Part shown: positions 12,139 to 24,959 of the stretch, piece after piece
Layout: every line of letters starts with the position of its first letter
Position numbering within the stretch: the first letter of the stretch is position 1
Translations under genes and position numbers: made by a program
The notes under the pieces: generated by a model
The model's input: the letters and a program-made list of their open reading frames with translations, nothing else
Told to the model about the DNA's origin: nothing
Database searches by the model: none
From: Eledone cirrhosa
Lineage: Eukaryota
Direction of reading: 5' to 3'
Assembly (NCBI GenBank): GCA_964016885.1
Contig: OZ024740.1
Span: 256,494,001 to 256,558,000, forward strand
DNA: 64,000 nt

Positions 12139-14639
12139 CAGGGTTTCCCAACCTGGGCAATATCGCCCACCGGTGGGCGATTTCAACTAGCGGGTGGGCG
12201 ATGAACGAATTTTTAGGAAATGGTGGGCGACAAAGGATTTTCGGTAATTAAGTATGTTATTGATCATATAATAATGGCTGGTATGCTCTAATCACAGAGC
12301 TCGGATTCGCTCTTCTCTAGTTTAGACCAGCTGTATGACTGTAATTCATCTGTTTTCAACTGATTCATGTCTAGCAGTTTACAGTTGCCAAACAGCTCAC
12401 ATGGGCAGCTCGCATTGGACGCACACACATCCGCGTTCACCGGTAAGCTAAAACAGGTGATGTCGCAAGACCAACGGCAAAACGTGTTAACACTGCTGTT
12501 GTCGCGCATCGTGAATTTCTGCCTTCGCCGATTCCGCCTCTATGAATTATTTTTTCGAATTTTAACTTCCCTGATGCCTCCGGTAAAGAAAACTTGTCGC
12601 CAGTACAGCATTGATTATTTATCATATGGCTTTATTGCTTCTCTTCAGAACTCTCAATTACCCATGTGTCTTCTACGCCAGCAAACTTTGAACAATGAAA
12701 CCATGAAACCTTCATGCTTGAAATATCATTTTGATTTCAAGAATTCTGACAAAAAAGACAAACCGTTGTCATATTTTTTGCAATTTAAGGCCTCTTTCGA
12801 AAAGCGGAAAACACTGAACACGATGTTTAGGGAAGCAACTGTACAGGAAAATGACTGTATGATTGCGTCGTACAATATTGCATTACTGGTCACAAAGATC
12901 GGGAAGTCCCACACTATAGGAGAAACATTGCTCCGACCTGTCATTGAAGAAGTTCTGTCGCCTGTAATGCACGAGAAGTCCAACACAATTATCAAGAAAA
13001 TTCCACTTAGTAACAATATAATTTCTCAACGAATAGATGAAATGACCACCGATGTCAAACATAAACTCATTCAAATTCTCCAGTGTTCTGAATTTTCTAT
13101 ACAAGTGGATGAGTCAACCATTATAGACAACCAATGTTTGATGATGGTTTATGTTCGATATTTCAATGAATACCTTCAACCTTGTGAGGAAATGCTGTTC
13201 ACAGAGAACTTGCTGCTTGATTCAAAAGGTACATCTATTTTCGATATGCTTAAAGGTTCCCTTTCTGAACATCATATCCCACTGACCAATATTATTGCCT
13301 GCGCGTCTGATGGGGCCCCTTCCATGGTTGGAAGATACAGAGGTTTTTCATCTCTCCTAAAGCGTGAAATTTCTCAACATATTTTAACAGTTCATTGTGT
13401 GATACACCGACAACATTTAGCAAAAAAAATCAATGGTCAGTTGAATGATGCGCTGCAGTTGGTTATCAAGACTGTGAATAAACTGAAATCAAATTCCTTG
13501 TCTGATTGAATTTTCCAACAACTGTGTCTCAATAATGATGATGACCTTGTTAGGCTTGTGTACCATACCGAAGTACGATGTGTGTCAAAGGACAACTGTG
13601 TTGTTCGCTTTGATGAACTGTTTCATGTGATCATATCTTTCTTTGAAAGTACTCCTCTGTCGGCTTCATTGATTGCTGCAAAGCGCGATATTTTTTTCTG
13701 AGCAATATATTCACTAAACTTAATGATTTGATTAAGTTGTTGCAAGGAAAGCAAAAAACTCTTGTCGACTGTAAATCCTTTATCACCACCTTCATTTAGA
13801 AATTGGTCCTGTACAAAATAAACATTTCCAAACATCAATTGCATCAATTTCCACAACTGGATTCTTTGAAAGATGAATTGGTTGACGAGGATATCGTTAC
13901 CTATCGTGACTATCTACAATCATTGCATGATGACGTGGCGGAGCGATTTCAAGATGTTATTACATTGAATATTCCAAATTAGTATAGCAATCTGTTTGAA
14001 GTCCAAGCAGTCTATTGCGAGGACGACGTTCAGGAGGAGCTAATTGAATTGCAAAATGATAATGAGGCCACAAAGCGATATCGGCTTCATGGCAAAGAAG
14101 GCTTATGTTATCATCAAAGTATATTGAATTCTTACCCCCCCCCCCAACCTATGGAAGCATTTGAAATTAATTTTGCTTGCCTTCCCAACGTCGTACTTGG
14201 TCGAATCTAGTTTCAGTCACGTTGGTACTTTACTTTCTAAAAGCAGAAGTGGACTGGATGTAGCCAAACGAGGAGACTTGAGATTAAAATTGACAAGTTT
14301 GCAACCAAATGTGTCTGCACTAGCTGCGTCACATCAGCCTCAAGGACCACACTGAAAACTAAACATGGTGAATTTGTTGAACATTTAATACATGCATCAT
14401 TTTTCAATTTTGTTTCATTGACAAACATTTAGCAATCAAAAACTTCATTCTTCCGAATAACGTTTCAACTCCGAATGCCCATTTAAAAATATTTCTTCTC
14501 AATAAATATTTCATATTTTAAGCAACCGTTCCGAATAATGGTTTATTTTTGCGTCCTTCAAATTACTGCACAGGTGGGAGATGGGAATTTTTGTGTGTGG
14601 AAAAGTGGGGGATAACGACAAAAAGGTTGGGAACCCCTG
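12139..14639 (+). mobile_element. Full-length hAT (Charlie/Buster-type) DNA transposon
   Basis: 16-bp TIRs CAGGGTTTCCCAACCT / AGGTTGGGAACCCCTG (15/16 match); 8-bp TSD GTCTAAAG at 12131-12138 and 14640-14647. Confidence 0.95.
12574..14355 (+). pseudogene. hAT transposase (ZBED8/SCAND3/Buster-like), disrupted
   Basis: RQYSIDYLSYGF, FSIQVDEST, SDGAPSM, HCVIHRQHL, FPTSYLVESSFS, RGDLRLKLT; stops and frameshifts after 13509. Confidence 0.9.
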
Positions 14640-14726
14640 GTCTAAAGTATCCTTTTAAACCTGAATTCCACCTCAGAATTTTAGGGTCGATCTACGCGCC
14701 GGATCGACTTGTACGCCGGCATATAG

Positions 14727-14762
<36 letters not shown>

Positions 14763-14819
14763 ACATGATGTATTTACAAGTAACAGAACAGAATAAAGGG
14801 ATTAAAACGATGTAGTGAA

Positions 14820-14935
14820 TCTTTCTCAGTCGACATTATCACCTCTTCCTTTCTCAGTCGACGTTATCATCCCTTCCTTTCTCAGTCGACATTATCCCCC
14901 CTTAAATTTTCAGTTGACGTTATCACCCTTCCTTC
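14820..14935. repeat. ~30-bp minisatellite, ~4 copies
   Basis: Repeated TTCTCAGTCGAC(A/G)TTATC...CCTT. Confidence 0.7.
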
Positions 14936-15214
14936 GCCAGTCATCGCTTGTGACGGACAAAAACACAAGGGTATTATATATTAGTAGGTTATTAATATTT
15001 GGTTCGTTTGCAACTAATCACAGCCTGATTAACACCATGTGTGCTTTCTAGACGACTAACGTCATTTCTTTTGTTCCAGCGGTATCAGAGACAAAAGAGT
15101 CTACAATGTTACTCACATATGTGTTCCAGCCAACAGGCTGAGACCATTCTGGGGCACCACCATTGATGCTACACTTTCTATAGCCAGTTTTCCTTGGTTG
15201 GCAATTGATGCAAA

Positions 15215-16190
15215 AGTGTTTTGAGTTCATTCAGGATCTTGCTCAGCAAGTTGTCTCTTGAAAACATCTACATGCACACTATGTAGATCTATCTTTTTGG
15301 GGGGCAGATTATTAAAAACCTGGGGTCCCTTGAAACCCTGGCTATGGCAGTATGTGTTCTTTATTCTTTTTCAGCCTCTTCCAATAGCTCATCTCTTTCA
15401 TTGAGGCGATCCCTTTGGTGTAGCGTCGTTAGATTGCTCCAAGTTCTGCAGTTAGTTTGACACTGTGGTTCGACCACAGCTGAGAGCAATAGTCCACTCG
15501 GCTGAGGACGAAAGTCCTTTACAGAACCAACATAGTTTCCGGATCTCTTGTATTGAAAGTCATCGGAATCATACCCGCCACTCATCGTCACATTCCCATA
15601 ATTTTGGTGGTGTGTGCATGAAACGATGCATCATTTGCTCATGTCAATAGCCAGTTCCCATATTGATTTGGGGATTTCGATCCCTTCTGGTCCAGTGTAC
15701 CTTTGTTGTGGAGGTCCAATGTTTGTGGCGTGATAGCAGAGGGTTTGAAACATAACTGCCTTAAATTGCATATTGTTGTCTTCAGCCCATTCGTATATGG
15801 CATCTAAATCATGTTGTACGAGACTAGCATCAGCCGGTTTTGATTGCCCGTGCTACTTCCGTTTCATCTGCATAACATATGAGAGTGATATACGTATTAT
15901 AAGATGGCATGTCTGAGATAGCAACCACAAACAGCAGTTGTCCCATTACTGTTCCCTGGGGCAGGTTCCTACTTATTGACGTTTCCTTTGAGAGGGCCCT
16001 ATTGATTGCAACAGTTTTCCAGCTAAGCCAAAGCTATGTAGTTTGTGATATATCATGCCACGATCAACCTTGTCGAAATCCTTCCCAAAGGTGAGATGCA
16101 TCACATCCACGTTCGAACGGTGTAGCAGTTGTTTGAGTATCCTGTCATAATACTGCAAGAGCTGCATATGACATAGAGAGACTTTCTGTC
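15215..16190 (-). mobile_element. CR1/L2-group LINE 3' fragment
   Basis: Reverse-complement homologue of 21065-22345; frame reads DFDKVDRGMIYHKL. Confidence 0.65.
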
Positions 16191-16789
16191 CAGTTTTGTA
16201 GAATTTACATAGTACTTGCGCTTTCTTTCCCCACAGGTTCTCTTTTTTCTTAGTTTTAGTTTTCATCACCTTAGCATTCATCCACTGGTCGACTCTTGTG
16301 AGTTTATTTAGGATTTTTGTTTCTTATTGGGATTCGCCTGGTGGTTCTTTAGTTTACATTTGCTGCATTGTAGTGTTTCATTTTCTTTTTCATCTTCTCC
16401 ACTGATATTGCCTGCGTCACAAACCATCTCACTGTCAGAGGCTTTCAGATCCTTCTGGGCTTCTGTGGGTTCTTTGTTTTCCTCTTTCGTCTTCTTTCGA
16501 AGCCTCTGTGAAAATATGATTCAGCTGATCCACGTATGGCCTAACAAACGTATAGGCACTAAAACACTCAATCTTTCTTCGCTGTATCTGCGCCAAAGTT
16601 CTTAGAAAGCCATAGCACTGCAGGGTCTCCTTAATACGGATTCCATTTTCATGAGCAGTTGTATTTCTGGAATAGTTCAATTAAAGTATTGAATTAATTA
16701 AAAATAAAACGAAATAAAATTTCTATTTCAGAAATTAAAATATAATACCTTCGAGAAAGATCTCAGAAATAAGCAATATTTTCAGTATA

Positions 16790-17255
16790 TTACTGTTTTT
16801 CGAGAATTAGTAGTTATAAAGGAGGTTTTCTAGTTGGCTGTTATTAAGTCCGCAGGCCATGATCAGAGCGTCGTCTTTGTACAGTTACCTGCCTATGCTA
16901 CGGATTGCTTCCGTTAGTTTACTTAGGAGGTTCAAGCCGACAACGTCCGTAATTTGGTTGGAGTCACTAGACACCATTGTAATATCAAAGCTACCTAGTC
17001 TATTTTGTCTCTCCCAAATTTACCGTCGAATTCTAGTAGTGTTTTTCTAGAAACTAAGATGATGTCAACTTCCTTTCTTGTGAGGCTTGACCTGTTCATG
17101 GCTGAGATCAATGCCTTGTTTAAGATGACTGGTGATATTCAGGCATAGTAGTTTGCAATGTCGAGTTGGACGAATCGAATTTCTGACTTGGTTTCAATGC
17201 TGGAGAACCAGTCAATAACCTCTCTAGTACAAGACGACAGGCTGAGTTTTGTCCT
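16790..17255 (-). mobile_element. PLE RT fragment related to 3416-5047
   Basis: Minus frame EVIDWFSSI...FVQLDIANYY...FDITMVSSDSNQITDVVG...LYKDD, with stops. Confidence 0.75.
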
Positions 17256-17732
17256 ATTTCTTAGGAATGTTCAATGAAGGAACGGCACTCTTCTGACAAG
17301 ACGTAGTAATCAACATATCCAATAATAATATTATTAATCTTCGAACGCAGCGCATTAACTTCACAGCCAAGGACTGTAGCAGTAGCCTTGGTGGCGGGAT
17401 TACGTGGTCTTTCTCAAGAAAAGAGGAAGTTGACATCCGGGCTTTGGCGGGCGAATTCAAACGTGTGAACAAAGGAATTTATTCAGTCTCGAAAGTAAGC
17501 TCTTTACTAGGTTTTCAAACAAACAATAAATAATTAATCAATCAATTAATCAATTAATTAATCAATTATAAAGGGTAGGAAAAAAATAATAGTGAGTAAA
17601 ATCGAAGTTGCAGCTGCTATTAGAAGTTTCGAAATGAGTCTTGTTTGCATAATTGCAAACGAATCGAATGTTATTATTAATATTCTAAAATCGCAGATTA
17701 CATTTATTGTATTCAACCATGTAGAGCGAAAT

Positions 17733-17763
<31 letters not shown>

Positions 17764-18352
17764 AGATATACAAGATTCAATGAGTACATCAAAGAATGAG
17801 TTTTACAGTAGATTGGAAGCACTCTACAATTAAAATATTTTCCAGAGTTATTAATATTAAAATACAAATATTAATAAAATAGATGTTCTTTTGATCAATT
17901 AAATTTTATTATACATATTTCAGAGGTACAACAGTACGTCCTCATCAGACAAAATATAATGATACATGACATACCCTGAGATGTTAGATGGTGAAGATTT
18001 AATCAAGGTAATGATTAACCTATGAGAAAACTCAACATTTATACCTTAATAATGAGAAAATGCGAAAACGTAATAAATTCAATAGAGAATGTATGAGTAA
18101 GAAAAACGTTGCTTAATGTAACAGTTATAGAGATTTTAAAATGTGGGATACTACAAGTTATGGTTATCGAGGAAGACATCTCTGGAATTATAATTTTATT
18201 ACAGTCCATGAAGGCAACTGATATATGCTTAAAGAGAGGGAAAGATAAAGGGGAGTAATTTATGCAGAATATTTTTTCCCCTTAAGGACTAAACGGTTGT
18301 TTCAAAATATTTAATTTATGTTATTTACGGGTGAGGAATCAAAATTTTGTGT

Positions 18353-18502
18353 GCGTGACTGGTACTTTATTTTATCAACCCCGTAAGGATGAAAGGCAAA
18401 GTTAACCTCGGCGGGATTTGAACTCAGATCATAAAGGGCCGTAACTCTTTGCTGAAAAGCATGGCGTTCGACCCTCTACCGATACTGCCAATCCACCGCC
18501 CT
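18353..18502 (-). mobile_element. SINE at the PLE inversion junction
   Basis: Reverse complement of the 1057/63024 family. Confidence 0.8.
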
Positions 18503-20876
18503 AATCCTGATAAAAATAATAGCATATATAAACGAAACTCTAATAATTCAAACAACCATACGCCAAACAAATTGAGGAAAAGAACTAGAACTAAATCAGT
18601 CATATGGTTCCCCCCTCTGCTTCGGTAGAACGCCAATTGCAAAATTATTCTTTAATGCTTTGGACACCTCTTTCCCTACTCAACATAAATACCATTCCAT
18701 TTTTAATAGACACACCATTAAATTGTCTTATTCTACAACTATGAATATGGCCCAAAACATTGCTAAATTAAACACTAAAATTCTAAAGCAGAATCAGCAT
18801 AATGACCTTAATAATAGCGTTAACATAAATGATAATAAACCAAAATGTAATTGTAGAAATAAAATTGACTGTCCTCTGCAAAATAATTGTCTAGATAGTA
18901 ATTTGGTTTATAAATGCACCGTAAAAACTGATTACAACACATACAACTACATAGGATCGACTTCTACATTTAAAGCAAGATTTGCGAACCATAAATGCTC
19001 ATTTTCGAACTCAAGGTGGAAATCATCCACATCTTTATCACAGCTTATATGGTCATTAAAAGAGAAGAATTTAAAGTAGTCAAATTTTTGGACAAAACTT
19101 CGGAATACTGGAGTTTACCGCAACTCAAGTATATCAAGTATTATCAATTATTAATAATTATGAGACCTTAATTAACAAAAAAAATTAATTATTCTCTAAT
19201 TGCCTTCATAAAGCTTTATCTACATTTCAAGCCTCCCATAAGACCAGGAAAAAGCACTAGGACACTAAACTTGGTCCTTAGACCTACATAATCAACAGTT
19301 GAAAATCTTAATGGCTTAATCTTAATGCTTTATTTTATAACTGTCTATAGAAGAAATAACGTTTGATTGAATGACACTTGTTTAATAACATGCTGACACG
19401 TTGATATACATAACATAATATTATTAACTTTCATCCATACCGTTATTTCTCTACATTTATTTTTCTATCTATGTTTTAAATATAGTTCAAATATCCAACC
19501 TGTAAACTTTTATGGAACTTATTTCAAACTGTCAATCATTCATGCGTTTACACTCCTTTATTTATATATATGTATTCAACTTTTGCATGTTTTTAAATAT
19601 ACCTACCTTTATTTTTCTATCTATGTTTTTAATATAGTTTAAATATCCAACCTGTGAATTTTTACGGACCATATTTTGAACTGTGAATCATTCATGCGTT
19701 TACACTCTTTTATATATATGTATGTATTTAACTTTCGCATGTTTGAATCTATTATATAAGATTATAATCGTTATCATTCACCAAAAGTGTGCTGTCTCAT
19801 TAATACTTAATATATCTCTCTATACCTAATTTTTTTTTGCAATTATGTATATATTCTATAATAACATAATCATATTATTAGTCACGTATATCTCAGCTTT
19901 TGGTTTCTTGCATCTATATCTATAGTGTACAATAACTTATTCATAATTACCGTTTCGGTTTAACGCTATATATAGTTTGTGCAAATATAGATATATTGTA
20001 CAATAACACATTTTTATTTAGAGTTCTTTCCTCCCATGAAGCTAGATCTAATATAGAGATCTAATATAATATAATTGTTTCTACTTTAGGCACAAGGCCA
20101 GCAATTATCCAGTGCATTACTGGTTAATTTATTACGATAATTGCACACATATATATGTAAATATATGTGGCTGAAAACTATGCGTTAATCATTACACTTT
20201 AAACACTGTATCTACTTGACAATAAATTGTTCGATATTTCTAACAATAACTACTTCATAAGTTTGACATACCGAAAATGTTGACACTCTTACAGGTAATT
20301 TTTGTTAAGCGTTACATTTTAAGGTAATATTCAACAGTGTAAATTTTCCTTTCGCGGGCCAAGTAAATCCTTTAACTTTGTTTTCATTAGATTCAGAATT
20401 TTAGAAATGTAACAATTTAAAAAAAAATAAAATAAAATTTATAAAATTAATAAATATAAATAACCACCAACTTTTAAAAACACAAAATTTTGATTCCTCA
20501 CCCGTAAATAACATAAATTAAATATTTTGAAACAACCGTTTAGTCCTTAAGGGGAAAAAATATTCTGCATAAATTACTCCCCTTTATCTTTCCCTCTCTT
20601 TAAGCATATATCAGTTGCCTTCATGGACTGTAATAAAATTATAATTCCAGAGATGTCTTCCTCGATAACCATAACTTGTAGTATCCCACATTTTAAAATC
20701 TCTATAACTGTTACATTAAGCAACGTTTTTCTTACTCATACATTCTCTATTGAATTTATTACGTTTTCGCATTTTCTCATTATTAAGGTATAAATGTTGA
20801 GTTTTCTCATAGGTTAATCATTACCTTGATTAAATCTTCACCATCTAACATCACAGGGTATGTCATGTATCATTAT

Positions 20877-20929
20877 ATTTTGTCTGATGAGGACGTACTG
20901 TTGTACCTCTGAAATATGTATAATAAAAT
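20877..20929 (+). ncRNA. Type I hammerhead ribozyme (mirror copy at 17903-17955, minus)
   Basis: ATTTTGT-CTGATGA-GGACGTAC(TGTT)GTACCTCT-GAAA-TATGTA-TA-ATAAAAT. Confidence 0.75.
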
Positions 20930-20971
20930 TTAATTGATCAAAAGAACATCTATTTTATTAATATTTGTATT

Positions 20972-21059
<88 letters not shown>

Positions 21060-21064
21060 GCATA

Positions 21065-22345
21065 TAAGCCTGCCTTAGCATGACCACTGAAGATCCTCTG
21101 CATAAGTTCTTTGGCTAGCGGTAAACTACCCAGAGAGCTAAAAGAAGGCACAATATGATTTATCCATAAAGGAGGCAGCAGAACTGGGGCCAAAATCTAC
21201 AGGCCAGTCTCCCTGATGTCACATATCAGTAAGGTCTTGGAACAAATCATCAGATAGAAACTGTTCACGCTCCTCGAGGAGAATGACCGTCTAACTAGCA
21301 CGCAGCATGGTTTTCGCCCAGGAAGAAGCTGCCTTACACACCTGGTACTTCAATATGACTGGGTACTGAAACAACTGCTAGAGAGCTCACATGTGGACAT
21401 GATATATCATGATATATCTCGGACATGATATATCACGGAATGATATGTCACAAACTACACAGACTCGGCATAACTGGAAAAGTGAGAGGCTGTATGATTT
21501 CTTAAAAGACAGAAGCCAGGCAGTTGCAGCCAATGGGGCCCTCTCAAAGGAAACATCAATAACAAGTGGGGTGCCCCATGGCACAGTCTTGGTACCACTA
21601 CTGTTTTTGGTGGCTCTCTGAGATATGCCCACTGTAATACATACAATATCGCTCTGATGATACAAAGGTAGCACAGGCAATCAAAAACCCGGCTGATGCT
21701 GCCCTTTTACAACGAGATCTAGATGCCGTATACAAATGGGCTGAGGACAACAAAATGCAGTTTAATGGTAAAAATTTTCAGGTCCTACAATACCAACTTT
21801 CCGGACAAGAGACCGAAAGACGGTGTTGATACTATGGATGACATCTGTTCTAAGCCGCCTGGACTATTGCTCCTAGTTGTGGTCATCCCATTGTGTCAAA
21901 CTAACCACGGAGCTTGAGGCAATCCAGCCGAGCTACACCAAGAGGATTGCGACGATGAAGGAGATAAGCTACTGGGAGAGGTTAACAGAACTGAACCGCT
22001 ACTCCTTGGAACGAAGACGGGAGAGATACGCGGTGATATACATGTGGATAATCCTGGAGGGACTAGCACCAAACTTTGGCATTGCGAGATGGACCAGCCC
22101 CCGAGCAGGACGTCACTAGAATAAGGAGCAGATATTGCAATAGCCTGGGGTTCAAGAGCCCTCAACTCTTTAACAAGCTCCCGAGAAATTTGAGAGATCT
22201 GCATGGTGTAGTCGTGGATGTTTTCAAGAAATATCTTGACACTCTGCTCTCTAGGATCCCGGATGACCCCACAGCACGGTACGAATGTAATCTAAGGGCA
22301 GCAGCAACGAACTCCTTCTTACACCAATGACCAGTCAACACAGGC
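21065..22345 (+). mobile_element. CR1/L2-group LINE RT fragment with 3' end
   Basis: IHKGGSR...YRPVSLMSHISKVLE, QHGFRPGRSC, SGVPHGTVLVPLLF, YSLERRRERY. Confidence 0.8.
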
Positions 22346-22559
22346 TGGAGATAGAACCTGTTTTCCGATTTCACCCTGCCCGTTCACTCATTTTCTCATT
22401 ATTTCTTCCGATGAAAGACTAGCGTCCGAAACTTTAAGACTCTTTTCCTGCTATTTCAAGGGTTAAACTAATATATTCTTTCCATATACTTCACTGTTTG
22501 TGTTGCTATTTCTGTTTAGCTTTTACATACATACATATATATATATATATCAACGCTTA

Positions 22560-23400
22560 CGTGGACCTCTCAAATTCGTTGAATTTTTAAATTGGAATTT
22601 CACTCTGAAACTGAATCTACACTTGGAGTTTACCTGAACTTCCACCTGGATATCTTTTCGTATCACTGATATTTTATTTGAATACACCACCGTTTTCGTC
22701 GATAATTTACCCCCAGATATTTTATTCTTGGCATAAAAAATTCACAGTTTTCATCGTTAAGCGTAAAACAATTCTTTAATTTTTTCAAAAAAACCTTGTT
22801 AACATGCCCAGCATGATGACCTCAAGATTCACTTTTTATGAGTATATCATCGAGGGAAGCCAGTGCGAAATCCGGACCTGTGAGCATAGCGTCCATAATT
22901 TATTGAAAAATAGCTGATGCTACCTTTATATCAAAAGGGATGCGATTAAATTTATATAATCCTTTATTTAATCGCTAATAACTTTGAACATTCCTCATCA
23001 ACTAGTATCTGAAGATATGCCTCAGTTAGGTCCAACTTTGAAAAAAATTTCTTCCGGGCACGGTAACAAGTATATTATATGACATCAAGCATTCATTTAA
23101 ACCTGTTGAAAAATCAGCACATATGCGTATTTTCTTCTTTTTTTTTCTTGGCTTAAACTGTTGGGGACGCCCATCAGCATAAATAACCCCGAGCTTTTCA
23201 AGTCTATCCAATTCTTCATTAACTTGTTCCAATGCCGTGAAAGGTACACTCTTTTTTGGTTTGAATGCTGGTATAGCATATTCCCTTACACGAAACTTTG
23301 CCTTTGTTTTGGTGCAAAGTCCTAAACTTTTCAGAAAATAATTCGGGAAAAGCCTTTTTAAATTTTTTTTTTTAATTCTTGCGATGCCTTATTTGTGCTG
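22560..23400 (-). mobile_element. Gypsy LTR retrotransposon pol (RT) fragment
   Basis: Minus frames EELDRLEKLGVI, IRICADFSTGLN, GLYKFNRIPF, LDDILI. Confidence 0.75.
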
Positions 23401-23764
23401 GAGAAAAACATTCACTCTTTTACAAAAAAAGTTTATGGGGATGTTCCATAAATCAAATAATTCCATTCATTCTGTTCCAAATAAATTCGTCGTCTTACAC
23501 AAATAAATTCGTTCCATTTATTCTGTTCCAAATAAATTCGTCGTCTTACACAAAATATTTCGCTTTTTACCACGAAATGAAGCATCACTTGTCATTTCGC
23601 CCTTAAAATCCAACATTTTTCATGAGAAATGTTACCTTTTAATCATGTTTTGCTGTCTGAAGAGATCACGATATTTATCGTCATTGAAATATGTATAACG
23701 GCTCAATTAATAAAGGACTCTAACATTTTCAACTTCGCATTTTCATCTTTATATATATATATAT

Positions 23765-24400
23765 ATACAAGATATCTTATCAGAAAATGTGTGTTGAAAT
23801 AGATATTGTTATACTTTGGGAGCGTCATGCTGCCAATATGAAGGCGTGTGGCTTGAATGGTTAGAGAATTGGATTCCTGAACTAGGCAATGCGTTATGTC
23901 CTTGAGTAAGACACTTTATTTCAAGCTGCTCCTTCTACCTGGAGTTGCGACCGATAGATTTTGTGTCCTTTGTTCTCTCCTACACCATCTTGTCTTTGTG
24001 TGTTGTGTATAGTGTGTTTAGTTTGTGCATGAATGACATCCGTCTGTGTGTGTGTTTATTTATGTGTTTATTCATGTGTTTATTTACTGTTCACTAGTTG
24101 GTTGTTCTATCTGTGTGTATCTGATTTGTTTTGTTAGCTTGTTTTTTTAGTTTGTCTGTATGTCTTCAGTGTGTCCTTAATTACTAGTTGTGATGTTGGT
24201 ATTCCACCCATATTTTCTTTTTTCAGAGTGGATATAATTATCTCAATGCTCTCTAATGTTCCCCTATGTTCTATTTTGGCATATTGGTGGAATACTGACG
24301 AGTTTTTCCCATCCTGGAGTTCTCGCCAGTATTCACTTATTCTTTCTCCTATGCTACGGGCTGTTTTACCTATGTACCAGTGAGGAGGGTAATTTTGGAC
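23765..24400 (-). mobile_element. PLE 3' fragment (GIY-YIG + family B 3' end) with nested tRNA-type SINE at 23840-23945
   Basis: YIGKTARSIGERISEY...SSVFHQYAKIEH; 3' end on (TA)n at ~23765. Confidence 0.65.
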
Positions 24401-24959
24401 ACCCTGCAGGACAAAAAAACCCAAACCTGACCAATGGCGGAAAAACTCATAAAAGTCAACGTCCATCCAATAATGTGTAAATATGTATATACTCTATGGG
24501 TTTGGGTGGGTATGGGATTGATTGTGCGCTTGCCTGTGTACAGATATATATATTTAATAAAAAAAAAATTAAAAACATTTTAAAATCTTTTAAACACTTT
24601 TAAAACTTTAAAAAACCTTTTAAAGTATTTATATATAAATATATATATAATTTGTTTTTACATTTTAACTTTCAAATGGGATAGAGTCTCTAGTTTACGT
24701 TTTTGAAAGAGGTCAGTGAATCATCGCAACTCATTTGCAGGTCTGGAGGCCCGCAGATGGATAAAAAGAAAATCCACTGGGAGTGAAGACCCAGAGCTGA
24801 TTTTACAGTATCTTTCTAAAAGAGGGAAACTTTGAAATAAAACTTGCAGTTGATGTGATTACAGGTCATCAGGCTTAGGCTTGTCACCAAACAATGATCA
24901 CTGAAACTTAGAGAGTGATACTCGTGTAGTACAAGCGTTTGCCACTATAATCCAGTGAT

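Larger units (their letters stand above)
17755..20980 (+). mobile_element. 5'-truncated PLE with inverted pLTR copy at its 5' end
   Basis: GIY-YIG region at 18510-19260 (KCNCRNKIDCP, LVYKC, NYIGST); 501-bp inverted arms 17852-18352 and 20480-20980; (TA)n at both outer ends. Confidence 0.85.

Noticed and set aside
12367-12573. N-terminal extension of the 380-aa hAT ORF
   Set aside because: Transposase similarity begins at MPPVKK (~12574); the upstream part is probably an incidental open frame.
14668-14730. Possible Tc2/pogo-like terminal repeat
   Set aside because: Only one degenerate end was found, with no partner TIR.
17254-17472. Possible THAP-domain relic (ends AVPSLNIP)
   Set aside because: Only the AVP motif is visible; the C2CH residues cannot be placed without assuming several frameshifts.
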